A stretch of 64,000 nucleotides of DNA from Roseiarcus sp. (lineage in GTDB: Bacteria > Pseudomonadota > Alphaproteobacteria > Rhizobiales > Beijerinckiaceae), in assembly GCA_050015935.1 (NCBI GenBank), contig JBEKAL010000001.1:7679-71678 (forward strand). The letters are read 5' to 3'. The translations under genes and the position numbers were made by a program. Positions within the stretch are counted from its first letter, which is position 1. Every line of letters begins with the position of its first letter. Below are positions 39,165-48,298 of this stretch, piece after piece. The notes under the pieces were generated by a model. That model made no database searches, was not told where the DNA came from, and worked only from the letters and a program-made list of their open reading frames with translations.

Positions 39165-39418
39165 TTTGCTCCCGCGCGCCAACCCCGGCGTGGATGCCGA
39201 GGACCCGCGCGCCTCCCTTGCTCGAATGACGGACCACGTCGATTTCTTGCCGCGGCGCTCCGCCCGCCTTCGCGCTCCTGCGGGAGGCGCGGCGGCGATC
39301 GCCGTGTTGCGCGGCCAAGCCGTGTCGGGGACGATCGAGGAACGCCATGGAAACTCCCTTGAAGACATTCCGGACCGAGACTCCCGGCCGCTCGAATTTG
39401 TCGGGCCGGCCGATCGAG

Positions 39419-39844
39419 TCAAGCGTCCTTGAGCAAATTGACGGTCATGCCCAACAGATCCGCCGACTGCCTTGCAACCTGCAAATTCGCCTCATAAGTT
39501 CGATTCGCCTCGCGCATGTCGGCCAGTTCGGTCAGCACGTCGACATTCGGCATTTTGACAAATCCGTTTTCGTCGGCCGCCGGGTTGCCGGGATCGAGTT
39601 CGACCTTGAACGGGCTGTCGTCGAGACCGATGCTCTTGACGCGCACCAGGGACAGCCCCGCGGCCCGATCGAGTTCGTTGTCGAATGACACCGTCTGGCG
39701 CGTGTAAGGATCGGCGCCGGGCGCGCTCCCCGTCGATTGCGAATTCGCGATGTTTTCCGAGATGACGCGCAGTCGCACCGACTGTGCGTCGAGACCGGCG
39801 CCGGCGATGCGCAACGCCGATTGCAAGGGATCTGGCATCGTCAT
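39419..39844 (-). CDS. flgC: flagellar proximal rod protein FlgC
   Basis: [14 protein letters not shown]...PY.R ... [23 protein letters not shown]. Confidence 0.95.
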   Translation of the reverse strand: MTMPDPLQSALRIAGAGLDAQSVRLRVISENIANSQSTGSAPGADPYTRQTVSFDNELDRAAGLSLVRVKSIGLDDSPFKVELDPGNPAADENGFVKMPNVDVLTELADMREANRTYEANLQVARQSADLLGMTVNLLKDA

Positions 39845-40222
39845 TCACTTCAGCGCCGACATCATCATCTGATGGATGGCGCGCTTGATATTCGTGCCCA
39901 TGGAGTACGCGCGGTTCACGTCGCCGAGCTTGATCATCTCCTGTTCGAGGCTCACCGAGTTGCCGGACAACGTTTCGTGCGAAGAGTCGCTTTCCACGAC
40001 GCGCGCCGAGGCGAGCTCATCTTGCGTCGGAGTCATGTGCGCCGGGTTTGTCGTAACCATCGAGACCTGCGTGCTGTCGAGCACCGCCGAAAAGGGTTGA
40101 AGGTCGACCGCCCGATAGCCCGGCGTGTTGGCGTTGGCGACGTTGCTCGCGATCAGCGATTGACGCGCCGACAGCCACTGCGTGCTTTGCGAGGCGAGCT
40201 GAAGAACGTAGGGTTGAGACAC
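39845..40222 (-). CDS. flgB: flagellar proximal rod protein FlgB
   Basis: RQSLIASNVANANTPGYRA ... SLEQEMIKLGDVNRAYSMGTNI. Abuts the flgC start. Confidence 0.9.
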   Translation of the reverse strand: MSQPYVLQLASQSTQWLSARQSLIASNVANANTPGYRAVDLQPFSAVLDSTQVSMVTTNPAHMTPTQDELASARVVESDSSHETLSGNSVSLEQEMIKLGDVNRAYSMGTNIKRAIHQMMMSALK

Positions 40223-40257
40223 GCGTCAAATCCCATCCGATGGATCGTGTCTCGAAG

Positions 40258-40770
40258 TTACGCGTTCGGCCTTGCTCCAGGCTTGCGCCGCGGCTGCGCC
40301 TGGGCCGAGGCGACCTCGCCAAGGGCGCTCCCGCCCGACCCTCGAAGCGGCCGCAGCCGCGCGCCGGCGATCGCGGCGGAAAGGCGCTGGTCCTTTGCGG
40401 CTCCATCGAGATTGTCGTCGTCGAAGAGGACTTCGACGACGTCAACCGCGGCGCGCTTGCGGCCGATCATCAAACGAAAGAACGCGCAAACCGCGTCGTA
40501 GCGGAATTCCATATCCAACCGGATGATCGGCGTGGAATCCCACTGCACGTCGCACCCGGCGGACAGCGCATATCGCAGCGTGCCGCTCTTGAAAAACAGC
40601 TCGCTCGACGAATTGACCAGGTCGGCGATGTTGGCCGCTTGCTCGCCTCGAATCATCAGAATCAGTTCGGACGGATCGGCAAGCCGCAATTCGCTCACGA
40701 CGTCGACCATTGCGTTGGCGATGATCTCTTCGTGGGCAAGACGCCGAGGTTCGGCATGTCGGTCGGTCAT
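40258..40770 (-). CDS. hypothetical protein of the flagellar operon (unassigned family)
   Basis: 170 aa between flhB (4-nt gap) and flgB. Balanced, slightly acidic composition and ATG start, unlike the Arg-rich alternative frames. I recognise no motif. Confidence 0.6.
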   Translation of the reverse strand: MTDRHAEPRRLAHEEIIANAMVDVVSELRLADPSELILMIRGEQAANIADLVNSSSELFFKSGTLRYALSAGCDVQWDSTPIIRLDMEFRYDAVCAFFRLMIGRKRAAVDVVEVLFDDDNLDGAAKDQRLSAAIAGARLRPLRGSGGSALGEVASAQAQPRRKPGARPNA

Positions 40771-40774
40771 GACG

Positions 40775-41863
40775 TCATCGATTCCTTGTCAGGGGCCAGG
40801 AACTTTTCTTTTCCTGAATCAAATGCACGATCTCGGCCACAGCTCGATAGAATTCAGGAGGAATCGCGCTGTCGACCGCGACGGCGTCGTACAACGCGCG
40901 CGCGAGCGGCTTGTCCTCGACGATCGGGACGAAGTTTTGCTCCGCGATCTCGCGGATCTTGAGCGCGATGAGATCCACGCCTTTGGCGAGTACGATCGGC
41001 GCGCCGCCCTCCGCGCGAATATAACGCATCGCGACGGCGTAATGCGTGGGATTGACGACCACCATCGTCGCCTTCGGCACGGCCGAGAGCATTCGTTTGC
41101 GCGAACGATCGAGTCTAATCGAGCGCAGGCGCGCCTTCAGCAATCGATCGCCTTCGGTCTGCTTGAGCTCTTCCTTGAGTTCGTAACGGCTCATGCGTTG
41201 GTCGCGACGCCAATGAATGCGCGCCCAGGCGAGGTCGGCCGACGCGACGACAAGAGTGGCCGCCAGAACCGCCGCGACGACGTGGACGCAGAGTTGGAGA
41301 ATGCGTTGGGGCAAGTCGGCGACATCGAGAAACATCGCCATCGCCAAAACATATTTTTGTCCTCCGAGAATGATCGCGACGACGACTCCGACGGCGACGA
41401 TTTTCAGCGCGCTCTTGAAAAATTCGGTCCAACCTCGCGGACCGAACACGCGGGACAGGCCGGCGCCGGGCGAGATTCGCGACAGATCGGGCATGATCCG
41501 GTCGGGCACGATGCGCGGAGGATTTTGGGCGATCGACGCCACCACGCCAAAGACCATCAGCAGCACCACGGTCGGCGCGAGAAAATCGGCGGCGGCGATC
41601 AAGATGACTTCGCCGAGCGCGACCACGTCGCTTGCGCGCTCGAGCCTCCAACCCGCGGGATCGTCGAGGAAGTAAACCAGGGCTCCGACGAACCGCTCCG
41701 CGCGCGTCGGCAGGACAAACACCATGACGATCAAGATGGCGGCCAGCGAAGCAAGGATCGAGACTTCGCGAGAAACAGGCACGACGCCGCGCTCGACGGC
41801 GTCGTGAAGTTTCTTTTCCGTCGCTTCCTCGGTCTTGCTGTCGGGATCCTGATCGTCGCTCAT
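40775..41863 (-). CDS. flhB: flagellar export apparatus protein FlhB
   Basis: SKTEEATEKKL..A.ERG.V..S.E N-terminus. Autocleavage site VVVNPTHYAVAM. Confidence 0.95.
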   Translation of the reverse strand: MSDDQDPDSKTEEATEKKLHDAVERGVVPVSREVSILASLAAILIVMVFVLPTRAERFVGALVYFLDDPAGWRLERASDVVALGEVILIAAADFLAPTVVLLMVFGVVASIAQNPPRIVPDRIMPDLSRISPGAGLSRVFGPRGWTEFFKSALKIVAVGVVVAIILGGQKYVLAMAMFLDVADLPQRILQLCVHVVAAVLAATLVVASADLAWARIHWRRDQRMSRYELKEELKQTEGDRLLKARLRSIRLDRSRKRMLSAVPKATMVVVNPTHYAVAMRYIRAEGGAPIVLAKGVDLIALKIREIAEQNFVPIVEDKPLARALYDAVAVDSAIPPEFYRAVAEIVHLIQEKKSSWPLTRNR

Positions 41864-41881
41864 GACCGCGTCCGACTGGGG

Positions 41882-42910
41882 TTACGCCGCTTCGGCGCCG
41901 TCGGCAGGGGAAAGTTCGATTTCGTTCCTTTGCGCCATCTTGAGCACGAGATCGACGATTTGCTTGCGCGCCTTGGCGATTTCGTGCGGCAGAGGCGTGA
42001 AGGGGGTCGCGAGTTCGCTCTCGACGAGACGGCGCGCGCGCGAGGCCATAGAGGAAAGCGCGGCGTCGCGGAATTCGGCGTCGGTGCCGCGCAGCGCAAG
42101 CACGACGACTTCGGTCGCGAGCTTGTCGAACAGGGTGGCGCGCGCGCGTTGCGAGAGGCGAGGCAGATCGTCGAACGAGAACAGCATCTTCATGACGATC
42201 CGCGCTTCCTTCGGCCGCGCCGCGACGAGCGATTGCATGACGTCGCGGGCTTCCAGGGGTTCGAGGTTGTTGATGATCTCGGCGATGCGGGTGTGATTGT
42301 CGAGTCCAGAGACGCGCGCCGTTAGGGTCGTCAGTTCCTTCCGCAAAGCGTCTTCGACGATGCGTCGCGCCTCCTCGGAAATTACCGGCCGTGAAATCAT
42401 GGCGCACAAAACCTCGTTGCGCGTTTCACGCGGCAAATTCGAGACGATTTGCGCCGCCAGGGCCGGATTCAGTTTTGAAAGAATGAAGGTCGCCGTCAGC
42501 GGATGTTCGTTCGCCAAGTACGTCGAGAGCACGGCCTCGGGAATCTTGCCCAGGGCCGACCAGACATTACGCTCGGCGGCGGCGAGCACGTCGGACATGA
42601 TGTCGGCGATCTGTTCGGGCGGCACTGCGTCGGTCAACATTTCCCGCGCTTGCCCGGCGTCGCCGAGAAGGTTGGCGCCGGCCGAGAACTCCGATGTGAA
42701 TTCCTCGACCAGCGATTCGAGCGCGGCCATCGACACGGGGCCGAGTTGCGCCGCCGCGCGCGTGACCTCCCGCAACTCTCCCGGTTCGAGATGCTTCAGC
42801 AAGCGCGTCGCGGGCGGCTTGCCCATCGCGAGCAGGATCGCGGCGGCCTTCTGGGCGCCGGCGAATTTGCGCTCGTCGTCTGGCGAGTCGTCGGACGAAT
42901 CCGCGTTCAT
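41882..42910 (-). CDS. fliG: flagellar motor switch protein FliG
   Basis: GAQKAAAILLAMG...; C-terminal FSFDDLPRL...ATLFDKL...VVLALRG torque-helix region. Confidence 0.9.
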   Translation of the reverse strand: MNADSSDDSPDDERKFAGAQKAAAILLAMGKPPATRLLKHLEPGELREVTRAAAQLGPVSMAALESLVEEFTSEFSAGANLLGDAGQAREMLTDAVPPEQIADIMSDVLAAAERNVWSALGKIPEAVLSTYLANEHPLTATFILSKLNPALAAQIVSNLPRETRNEVLCAMISRPVISEEARRIVEDALRKELTTLTARVSGLDNHTRIAEIINNLEPLEARDVMQSLVAARPKEARIVMKMLFSFDDLPRLSQRARATLFDKLATEVVVLALRGTDAEFRDAALSSMASRARRLVESELATPFTPLPHEIAKARKQIVDLVLKMAQRNEIELSPADGAEAA

Positions 42911-42925
42911 CGCGCTTCGCCCTCC

Positions 42926-43264
42926 TCAAGCGGCGCGATCGTTGCGCGAAGCGGCGACGATCTCGATCAGAGAAACGCCATACCGAGCGCTGTCTTCATC
43001 GACGACCACCACTTCGCCGCGCGCGATCACCCTGCCGTTCACGACGACATTGACGGGATCGCCAACCTTCTGATCGAGCGAAATCACCGCCCCGCGCCCG
43101 AGCTTCATGAGGCTGGCGACAGGCATCGACGTCGCCCCGAGCACGACTTGCACGGTGACCGGAATCGATAGGATCGCGTCGTATTTCTGAGGGCTCGACG
43201 TCGACGCGCCGCTCGCGGCGTCCGGTTCTCGCGGCGCGCTCTGCGATTGAAGATTGTCATCCAT
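42926..43264 (-). CDS. fliN: flagellar motor switch protein FliN
   Basis: ILSIPVTVQVVLGATSMPVASLMKLGRGAVISLD..VGDPVNVVVNGRVIARGEVVVVD..YGVSLIEI (SpoA fold). Confidence 0.9.
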   Translation of the reverse strand: MDDNLQSQSAPREPDAASGASTSSPQKYDAILSIPVTVQVVLGATSMPVASLMKLGRGAVISLDQKVGDPVNVVVNGRVIARGEVVVVDEDSARYGVSLIEIVAASRNDRAA

Positions 43265-43316
43265 GGTCCAAACTTTCTTTCCTCGGTTGCTCGTTGCGTT
43301 TGCGAACGCAAGCCGG

Positions 43317-44273
43317 TTAATGGACGGACGCTGCTTCGACGGGATCGCTTTCCTGCTCGATCGGCTCCTCGATTTTCAGGGAGTAACGGCCTTCGCCTTG
43401 ACCGAGTTTGCACCAGAACATTTCGTGCCCGGCGCATTCGAGCCGAACGCGACCCATGCCGGCGCCGTGCAAGTTCAGCACCTGCCCGACGGCGAGATCG
43501 GCGATCTCGCCCAGCGTCATTTCCAACTCGTCCAGCACCGCCGTGACGGCGATCCGCGCCTTCGTCACGCCGACCTCCATTTGCCGCATCCAGCGCGGGT
43601 CGGACGCCAACGCTTCGCCGCTCGGATCGAACGAAAGATTCTTGCGCATCGGCGACAGCAACGTCTGCGGCAAGAGGACAATGAGGGCGGTGGGGCCTCC
43701 TGGCGTGTCGATCGTCAATCTAGCCGCGACAGCCTGCATGTCGCGGCGTCCGAGAACGTGGACGTCGATGAGCGTTTCCAGGCGTTCGAAAGTCAACTCG
43801 AGGCTTGCGACTTGGGCGAATGCTCGGTCGAGCGCCTTTCCCAAAGACCGGGCCAGCTCAGCGACGAGGCTCGTCTCGATGCCGGTGTGGGGACGATTCG
43901 GCCGCGCCTGCTTCGCCGCTTCGCGATCCGTTTCGACGTCGCCGCCGAAGACCGCGGTGACGAGCGTGTCGACGACGCGCTGATCGAAAATCAGCAGCAA
44001 GCGCGCGTCGAGTTGCGCGCAGTGCAGCACAGCCGCGGTCAGGCCTTCGCATTCGCCGACGAGTTCGAATAGGGTCGTCAGCTTCATCTCGTCGATCGTT
44101 GCCGGCGAATGCGCTTTGCAAAGGGGCGCCAGCGCCTCCGGGACGTTCAAAGCGAATTGTTCGAGGGCAAAGACGAGTCCGGGCATGCGCTCGATCGAAA
44201 GACCGGGATGATCGGGCTGCGGACTTTTCAGCCAGGGCGTTGTCGCCGCGCTCTCGTGTTCCTCGACCGCCAT
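43317..44273 (-). CDS. fliM: flagellar motor switch protein FliM
   Basis: 318 aa. FliM-like middle domain and C-terminal SpoA-like LAVGQVLNL...VRLECAGHEMFWCKLGQGEGRYSLKI. Position between motA and fliN. Confidence 0.8.
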   Translation of the reverse strand: MAVEEHESAATTPWLKSPQPDHPGLSIERMPGLVFALEQFALNVPEALAPLCKAHSPATIDEMKLTTLFELVGECEGLTAAVLHCAQLDARLLLIFDQRVVDTLVTAVFGGDVETDREAAKQARPNRPHTGIETSLVAELARSLGKALDRAFAQVASLELTFERLETLIDVHVLGRRDMQAVAARLTIDTPGGPTALIVLLPQTLLSPMRKNLSFDPSGEALASDPRWMRQMEVGVTKARIAVTAVLDELEMTLGEIADLAVGQVLNLHGAGMGRVRLECAGHEMFWCKLGQGEGRYSLKIEEPIEQESDPVEAASVH

Positions 44274-44276
44274 GGG

Positions 44277-45170
44277 TTAGGCCGCTTCCTTGATCGCCAC
44301 GTCGGCGACGGGGGGCGGGGGGCCGGCGATGGTTTCGTTCTCGACGGTGTCGATCGTCGGGCGCTCTTTCGAGGGAATGGTCTTGCGCCCGAATTCCACC
44401 GCTACTTGCGGCATGGCGCCGTTCATGAACGCCAGCAGACTTTGCTTGACCAGAGTGAAGAGACGAAGCTGCTTCTGGCGAACCGCCTTGATTTTCAACG
44501 CGACCGGGCCGACGACGGCGTAGGAGAGAAAAATGCCGGAGAACGTGCCCACGAGCGCGGCGCCGATCAGCCCGCCGAGCGCTTCCGGCGCTTGGTCCAG
44601 AGCGCCCATCGCATGGATGATGCCGAGCACGGCCGCGACGATGCCCAGCGCGGGAAGGGCGTCCGCGACCGCCTGGAGCGCGTGAACCGGCTTGTACCGA
44701 TCATAGGAGAGCGTCTCGATCTCCTCGTCCATCAGGGCTTCAATTTCGTGAGTCTTGGCGTTGCCGATGATGATGAGCCGGCCATAGTCGCAAATGAACG
44801 TGAGGAGATCGCCATTGGCGAGCAGCCGGGGAAATCCCTTGAAGACTTCCGATTCCATGGGATTGTCGAAATGCCCTTCGACCTCGCCGCGGGACTTGCC
44901 GCGCAATTCGCGCATGAGCGCGTGCAACGCGCTCAGGACGTCGAGGAAGTCGCGCGGCTTGGGCACCTTGTCGGTGACCGCCTCAAAGAAGGCCTTGCCG
45001 CAATCCTTGATTGTCGCGAACGGGTTGGCGACGATGAAAATGCCGAGCGCGGCGCCGGCGATGATGAGGAACTCGAACGGCTGCATCAGCACTTCGAGAT
45101 GGCCGCCGAGCGCCCCGTATCCGCCGAGGATGCTGCCCACGGCGATGATCAATCCGATGATGAAATTCAA
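44277..45170 (-). CDS. motA: flagellar stator protein MotA
   Basis: [36 protein letters not shown]... and C-terminal [13 protein letters not shown] plug/channel region. TTG start with GGGAGA RBS. Confidence 0.95.
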   Translation of the reverse strand: MNFIIGLIIAVGSILGGYGALGGHLEVLMQPFEFLIIAGAALGIFIVANPFATIKDCGKAFFEAVTDKVPKPRDFLDVLSALHALMRELRGKSRGEVEGHFDNPMESEVFKGFPRLLANGDLLTFICDYGRLIIIGNAKTHEIEALMDEEIETLSYDRYKPVHALQAVADALPALGIVAAVLGIIHAMGALDQAPEALGGLIGAALVGTFSGIFLSYAVVGPVALKIKAVRQKQLRLFTLVKQSLLAFMNGAMPQVAVEFGRKTIPSKERPTIDTVENETIAGPPPPVADVAIKEAA

Positions 45171-45319
45171 CGCGTTCTCCCGTAGCCCGTCCGCAGCGAC
45201 CGTGCAGCCGTAAACTTACGCCAGGCTGTTTTTCCGAGGTCAGCCTCATACAAGGCGCGGGGTTAATCTTCACCGGCGGGCCAGCCACGATGCGACGTGC
45301 GCCGGTTGCGGGTCTCGGT

Positions 45320-46045
45320 ATGCAGAACGGTCTTTACGTCGCCTTGTCGGCGCAGGTTGCTTTGGAACGGCGATTGGAGACGATCGCCGGCAATGTCGCG
45401 AACATGAACACGGTCGGCTATCGCGCGGAAGGCGTGTCCTTCGAGACCGAAGTAGCCAGGGCCGGCGAAAACCGCATCGACTATGTTTCAAGCGGAACGT
45501 CGTTCATTTCCCGACAGACCGGCGCCTCCATCAAGACAGGAAATCCGCTCGACGTCGCCGTACAGGGCGCGGGCTGGATTGCGATCAGCACCGCCGATGG
45601 GATCGCTTATACGCGCGACGGCCGCATGCGCATTTCCGAGACCGGCGTCCTTCAGACTCTGAACGGCAACGGCGTTCTCGACGCAGGCGGGGCGCCGATC
45701 ATGCTCAACCCGGCGGCCGGCGCGCCGACGATTTCGGGCGACGGCATGATCGCTCAAGACGGCAAGCAAGTCGGCGCGATCGGTCTCTTCGCGATCGACG
45801 ACGACGCCAAGCTGACGCGCACCGAGAATTCCGGCGTCATTCCCGACACGCCGGCGACGCCGATCCTCGACTTCACTCAAAATGGCTTCGTTCAGGGGTT
45901 TGTCGAAGGCGCCAACGTCAATCCGATCCAGGAGATGACGAAACTGATCGCCGTGACGCGGACGTTTGACGGCGTCAGCTCGCAAATGTCGCAAACGGAA
46001 TCGTCGCTGCAAGACGCCATCAAGACGCTTGGCGCTCCCAGCTAG
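45320..46045 (+). CDS. flgF: flagellar proximal rod protein FlgF
   Basis: MQNGLYVALSAQVALERRLETIAGNVANMNTVGYRA ... GFVEGANVNPIQEMTKLIAVTRTFD. Start trimmed to ATG 45320. Confidence 0.9.
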   Translation: MQNGLYVALSAQVALERRLETIAGNVANMNTVGYRAEGVSFETEVARAGENRIDYVSSGTSFISRQTGASIKTGNPLDVAVQGAGWIAISTADGIAYTRDGRMRISETGVLQTLNGNGVLDAGGAPIMLNPAAGAPTISGDGMIAQDGKQVGAIGLFAIDDDAKLTRTENSGVIPDTPATPILDFTQNGFVQGFVEGANVNPIQEMTKLIAVTRTFDGVSSQMSQTESSLQDAIKTLGAPS

Positions 46046-46080
46046 GCCATGCGTGGAAAGATTGACATTGGGCTTAGCGC

Positions 46081-47475
46081 ATGAGCGGGGATGACGAACC
46101 TTCCGGCCGGCGCCCCAACGCGCTCGATCGGCTCGAAAGCAAGTTGGCGTGGGGCGCCAAGGCCCTGCCGCGAACCCGCGTCAGCGGCGTCGTGACGGAA
46201 ATCGCGATGTCGCACTATCGGGTGGCCGGCCTGTCGCGCTTTCTCAGACTCGGAGAATGCGTGAGCGTCGACGTGGGCGATCGCGTCCAACTCGGCGAGG
46301 TCGTCAGGATCGAAGACGCCGCCGTCACGCTGAAGCCATTCGATTCGCGCTGCGACGCCGCTATCGGCGCGCGCGCCTATCGGGCCGAGACCCTTTCGCT
46401 TACGCCGCATCCCGAATGGAAAGGTCGGGTGATCGACGCGCTCGGGCGCCCGATCGACGGCGCCGGAGAACTCAAGCCGGGCGAGCGCGCGGCGCCGCTC
46501 GACGGCGAGCCGCCGCCCGCCTTGCAGCGCTCGCGCGTCAGGAAGCCGATCAAGTCGGGAATTCGCGTGATCGACTTGTTCACGCCGCTTTGCGCCGGTC
46601 AGCGCATCGGCATTTTCGCCGGTTCGGGAGTCGGCAAATCGACGCTTCTCTCGATGCTCGCGCGCGCGCCGGATTTCGATACGGTGGTGATCGCGCTGGT
46701 GGGCGAGCGAGGTCGAGAAGTGCGCGAATTCCTCGACGACACGCTCGCGGCGAACCGCCAATCCGCGATCGCCGTCGTCTCCACAGGCGACGAGAGCCCG
46801 ATGATGCGGCGCTTGGCGCCCAGGACGGCGATGGCCGTCGCCGAATATTTCCGCGATCGCGGCGACTCGGTGCTGCTGGTTCTCGATTCGGTGACGCGCT
46901 TCGCGCATGCGGCAAGAGACGTCGCATTGGCCGCCGGCGAGCCGGCGGTCGCGCGCGGCTACGCGCCGAGCGTGTTCAGCGATCTGCCGCGATTGCTCGA
47001 GCGCGCCGGCCCCGGCGTCGAGGGCTCCGGGTCCATCACCGGCGTGTTCTCGGTTCTGGTGGACGGCGACGACCACAATGACCCGGTTGCGGACAGCATT
47101 CGCGGCACGCTCGACGGCCACGTCGTGCTCGACCGCGCGATCGCCGATCAGGGGCGCTTTCCCGCGGTCAATATTCTCTCGTCGGTTTCCCGCCTCGCCA
47201 ATCCCGCCTGGACGCCCGAGCAGCGCAGGCTGGTCTCGAAACTACGCTCGTTGATCGCCCGCTATGAGGAAACACGGGACCTTCGACTGATGGGCGGCTT
47301 CACTCCCGGCGTCGACCCGCTGCTCGATCAAGCGGTCAAGTCCGTGCCGCGCATTTACGAAGCGATGACCCAGACGCTGTCCTCGCCGCCCTGCCAGGAC
47401 CCGTTCATCGAACTCGCCGCGGCCCTCCGAAACGACGCCAAGTCCGAAGAGCCCGCCAATCAGCTTGCCGGCTGA
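46081..47475 (+). CDS. fliI: flagellum-specific ATPase FliI
   Basis: Walker A GIFAGSGVGKSTLL, Walker B VLLVLDSVTRFA, F1-ATPase-like core. Confidence 0.95.
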   Translation: MSGDDEPSGRRPNALDRLESKLAWGAKALPRTRVSGVVTEIAMSHYRVAGLSRFLRLGECVSVDVGDRVQLGEVVRIEDAAVTLKPFDSRCDAAIGARAYRAETLSLTPHPEWKGRVIDALGRPIDGAGELKPGERAAPLDGEPPPALQRSRVRKPIKSGIRVIDLFTPLCAGQRIGIFAGSGVGKSTLLSMLARAPDFDTVVIALVGERGREVREFLDDTLAANRQSAIAVVSTGDESPMMRRLAPRTAMAVAEYFRDRGDSVLLVLDSVTRFAHAARDVALAAGEPAVARGYAPSVFSDLPRLLERAGPGVEGSGSITGVFSVLVDGDDHNDPVADSIRGTLDGHVVLDRAIADQGRFPAVNILSSVSRLANPAWTPEQRRLVSKLRSLIARYEETRDLRLMGGFTPGVDPLLDQAVKSVPRIYEAMTQTLSSPPCQDPFIELAAALRNDAKSEEPANQLAG

Positions 47476-47507
47476 GGGCGGCCGGACGGACTTACGAAAG
47501 AGATCGC

Positions 47508-48272
47508 ATGAAATTGTTCGATTTCGCCGCCTTTCGCCTCATCGTCTCGATCGCCTCCGGAGTCCCACGGCGCGTAACGTTGAAGTTGGCCGGCGATTTC
47601 GCGCTCGTCAGCGCCGGCGTGGCGACGGCGGTCGGCTCGATCGTCTTCGCCGGCGCCATGCTTCTCGAGGGCAACCACGAGCCGCGAGTCAATGGACTGC
47701 AATATCTCGCGATATTCGCCAAGCCGCGAGGATCGTCGCGGCCGGCCCTGGCCGAGTCGCCGACTGTCGCGGCGGCGAACCGCCGCGTCGCCGGCGATGC
47801 TCTCGACATGGCGCCGACCGGGTCGATCGCCCAAGGCGCTCCCGACAAGGCGCCGACCGGATCGATCGCCCAGGACGCTCCCGACAAGGCGCCGACCGGA
47901 TCGATCGCCCAGGACGCTCCCGACAAGGCGCCGACCAGGTCGATCGCCCATGACGCTCCCGACATGGCGCCGATCGGATCGATCGGGCACGATGCGGCCA
48001 GCGGATCGAGCGCCGCCGAAGCCTATCGGATCATCGCGGTCGAGCCGGGTATGGCGTGGTTGAGTCACGGTTCGGAGATTCGGGTCGTCAAGCCCGGCGA
48101 TGTCGCGCCCGGTCTTGGGCGCGTCGCATCGATCGTAAGACGCGACGGGCGCTGGGCGCTGATCGACGAATCGGGCGCGACGCTGTTGACGAGCGACAAG
48201 CCGGAGACGAAAGACCTCGGCAATGGGGATGAGCCGTTCGCGCGACGGATGATCTTCGGCGCCGGCAATTGA
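47508..48272 (+). CDS. membrane-anchored protein with 13-aa tandem repeats and a C-terminal beta-rich domain (unassigned)
   Basis: TM segment LVSAGVATAVGSIVFAGAMLL. Four to five repeats of APTGSIAQDAPDK. C-terminal YRIIAVEPGMAWLSHGSEIRVVKPGDVAPGLGRVASIVRRDGRWALIDESG. Directly downstream of fliI. Confidence 0.65.
   Translation: MKLFDFAAFRLIVSIASGVPRRVTLKLAGDFALVSAGVATAVGSIVFAGAMLLEGNHEPRVNGLQYLAIFAKPRGSSRPALAESPTVAAANRRVAGDALDMAPTGSIAQGAPDKAPTGSIAQDAPDKAPTGSIAQDAPDKAPTRSIAHDAPDMAPIGSIGHDAASGSSAAEAYRIIAVEPGMAWLSHGSEIRVVKPGDVAPGLGRVASIVRRDGRWALIDESGATLLTSDKPETKDLGNGDEPFARRMIFGAGN
47796..47990 (+). repeat. 39-bp in-frame tandem repeat (about 4 full plus 2 partial units)
   Basis: gcgccgaccgg(g/a)tcgatcgccca(a/g)g(g/a)cgctcccgacaag repeated head to tail from 47811. 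Units 2 and 3 are identical. Confidence 0.9.
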
Positions 48273-48298
48273 CCTTGGCGATCGCCGCCGCCGCGCGA

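Noticed and set aside
41115-42407. 430-aa minus-strand ORF spanning the flhB / fliG junction
   Set aside because: It is an alternative frame over two well-supported genes, with an Arg-rich product.
47796-47990. Regular 39-bp repeats that could be mistaken for a small CRISPR array
   Set aside because: The units are directly adjacent with no spacers, are in frame within a coding sequence, and no cas genes are present.
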